From an uncultured Candidatus Micrarchaeota archaeon (GTDB lineage Archaea; Micrarchaeota; Micrarchaeia; Anstonellales; Bilamarchaeaceae): a stretch of 64,000 bases of DNA. The position numbers and the translations under genes were made by a program. Every line of letters starts with the position of its first letter. Position 1 is the stretch's first letter. The DNA is taken from the NCBI GenBank assembly GCA_963800555.1, contig CAWDBH010000008.1, positions 113,117 through 177,116 on the forward strand. The letters are read 5' to 3'. Below are positions 63,338-64,000 of this stretch, piece by piece. A model generated the notes under the pieces. It saw only the letters and a program-made list of their open reading frames with translations, was not told where the DNA came from and searched no databases.

Positions 63338-64000
63338 GTCGCTCGATGCCCCCACCTCCGAGCCGACCGGCACGGGACCGACCGGCGCGCACAGCGCCGA
63401 GCTGCTCGAGGTCCCCCTGCTCGCCGGCCTTCCAGACGACGTGCGCGAGCTCGTCGAGGCCGCCTTCGTGCCCGTCCATTACACATTCGGGGAGTCGATC
63501 ATCGCCGAGGGTGACGCAGCCGACGGCTTCTACGTGATCGCCTCCGGGGTTGCGCGGGCGATCGGCCACGGTGAGGACGGCAAGGAGGTCGCGCTTGGCG
63601 TGCTGCGCCCCGGCGACTCCTTCGGCGAGGACGGTCTGCTCGAGGGCGCGCCGCGGGGCGAACCGTGCGGGCGTCAAGCGACATGGAGGTGCTGCGCCTC
63701 GACAGCGCGATCTTTGACGCGCTCGTTCGCCTGACACCCGCCGTTCGCGAGGCCTTCGCGCGCGCCCCCGCGGTCCGGCAGCTCGTCGAACTTCCTGCGG
63801 CTTCACTCTGCGTTCTCGAAGCTGCCGAGCACCGCGATCATGCCGATGCTCGACGCGCTGGAGACCGTCAACGTCAAGGCTGGCGAGCGTGTTGTGAGCG
63901 AGGGTGACCCGGGCGGGCCGATGTACATCGTTCGCGACGGAAAGCTCGTTGCCGACCAGGGGGAGGGCGACGCGCGAGAGGACATGGGTTTCCTGCGCAC
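63324..64000 (+). CDS. Tandem cyclic-nucleotide-binding-domain protein (N-terminal part, runs off the window), with two apparent 1-nt frameshifts
   Basis: Domain 1: 'LLEVPLLAGLPDD...GESIIAEGDAADGFYVIASG...PGDSFGEDGLLEGAPRG' (frame 0), then 'TVRASSDMEVLRLDSAIFDALV' (frame 2, from ~63662). Domain 2 returns to frame 0 from ~63792: 'FLRLHSAFSKLP...VKAGERVVSEGDPGGPMYIVRDGKL'. Confidence 0.6.

Noticed and set aside
61221-63806. Long ORFs 61221-62429(+), 61510-62454(-), 62378-63373(-) and 62862-63806(-) in the high-GC segment
   Set aside because: These are shadow ORFs expected in ~70% GC DNA (Arg/Pro/Gly/Ala-rich, no motifs). The opposite-strand or alternative frames carry recognisable TIR, WD40, parvulin-like and cNMP motifs.
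1-64000. CRISPR arrays, rRNA genes, IS elements with terminal inverted repeats
   Set aside because: I found none while reading both strands. Intergenic regions are almost all under 200 nt.
60648-64000. Interpreting the high-GC block as a genuine horizontally transferred defence island in the archaeal genome
   Set aside because: Both flanking ORFs are cut mid-domain, and there are no integration hallmarks. The compositional step is instantaneous and the block is riddled with frameshifts. A chimeric assembly is the more economical explanation until spanning reads are shown.

Overview
The window is a composite of two unrelated sequences.

**Archaeal part (1 to ~60,648).** By eye this is roughly 50% GC and very gene-dense. 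It has GGTG-type Shine-Dalgarno boxes, oligo-T terminators and intron-containing tRNAs. A DPANN-like small-genome lineage is my guess only.
- Housekeeping genes: tpiA, rpl10e, frameshifted archaeal-type ppcA, malic enzyme, aspartase/fumarase, rfcS, ileS, valS, pyrF, pyrC, scpA, sepF, hppA, trpD.
- Four tRNAs: Thr, Gly, Ser with one intron, and Trp with apparently two introns.
- Two class-III-signal pilin-like genes and several surface proteins.

**Notable regions in the archaeal part.**
- An integrase-bounded island lies next to tRNA-Thr at the left edge (1-5529). It carries a Zn-ribbon-less TFB paralogue and a membrane FtsK/HerA-type ATPase.
- A divergent AAA+ locus spans 41.8-57.5 kb. One arm holds a membrane-anchored Cdc48-like ATPase. 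The other arm is a 12.4-kb, seven-gene, translationally coupled operon: a tandem AAA protein with degenerate Walker B motifs, three orphan ORFs, a small radical-SAM enzyme, and two paralogous giant HEAT-like repeat proteins of 1511 and 1175 aa. I cannot assign this operon to any described system, and it is my top candidate for something new.

**High-GC part (~60,648 to 64,000).** The sequence switches abruptly to about 70% GC, bacterial and actinobacterium-like. This part carries a TIR-TM-WD40 gene, a PpiC-like gene and a tandem cNMP-binding-domain gene, with at least three frame disruptions. ORFs on both sides of the join are cut off, so it looks like a chimeric assembly join rather than biology.

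**Not found and limits.** I saw no rRNA genes and no CRISPR array. All calls rest on motif recognition in the supplied translations and on my own hand translations. No database search was possible.
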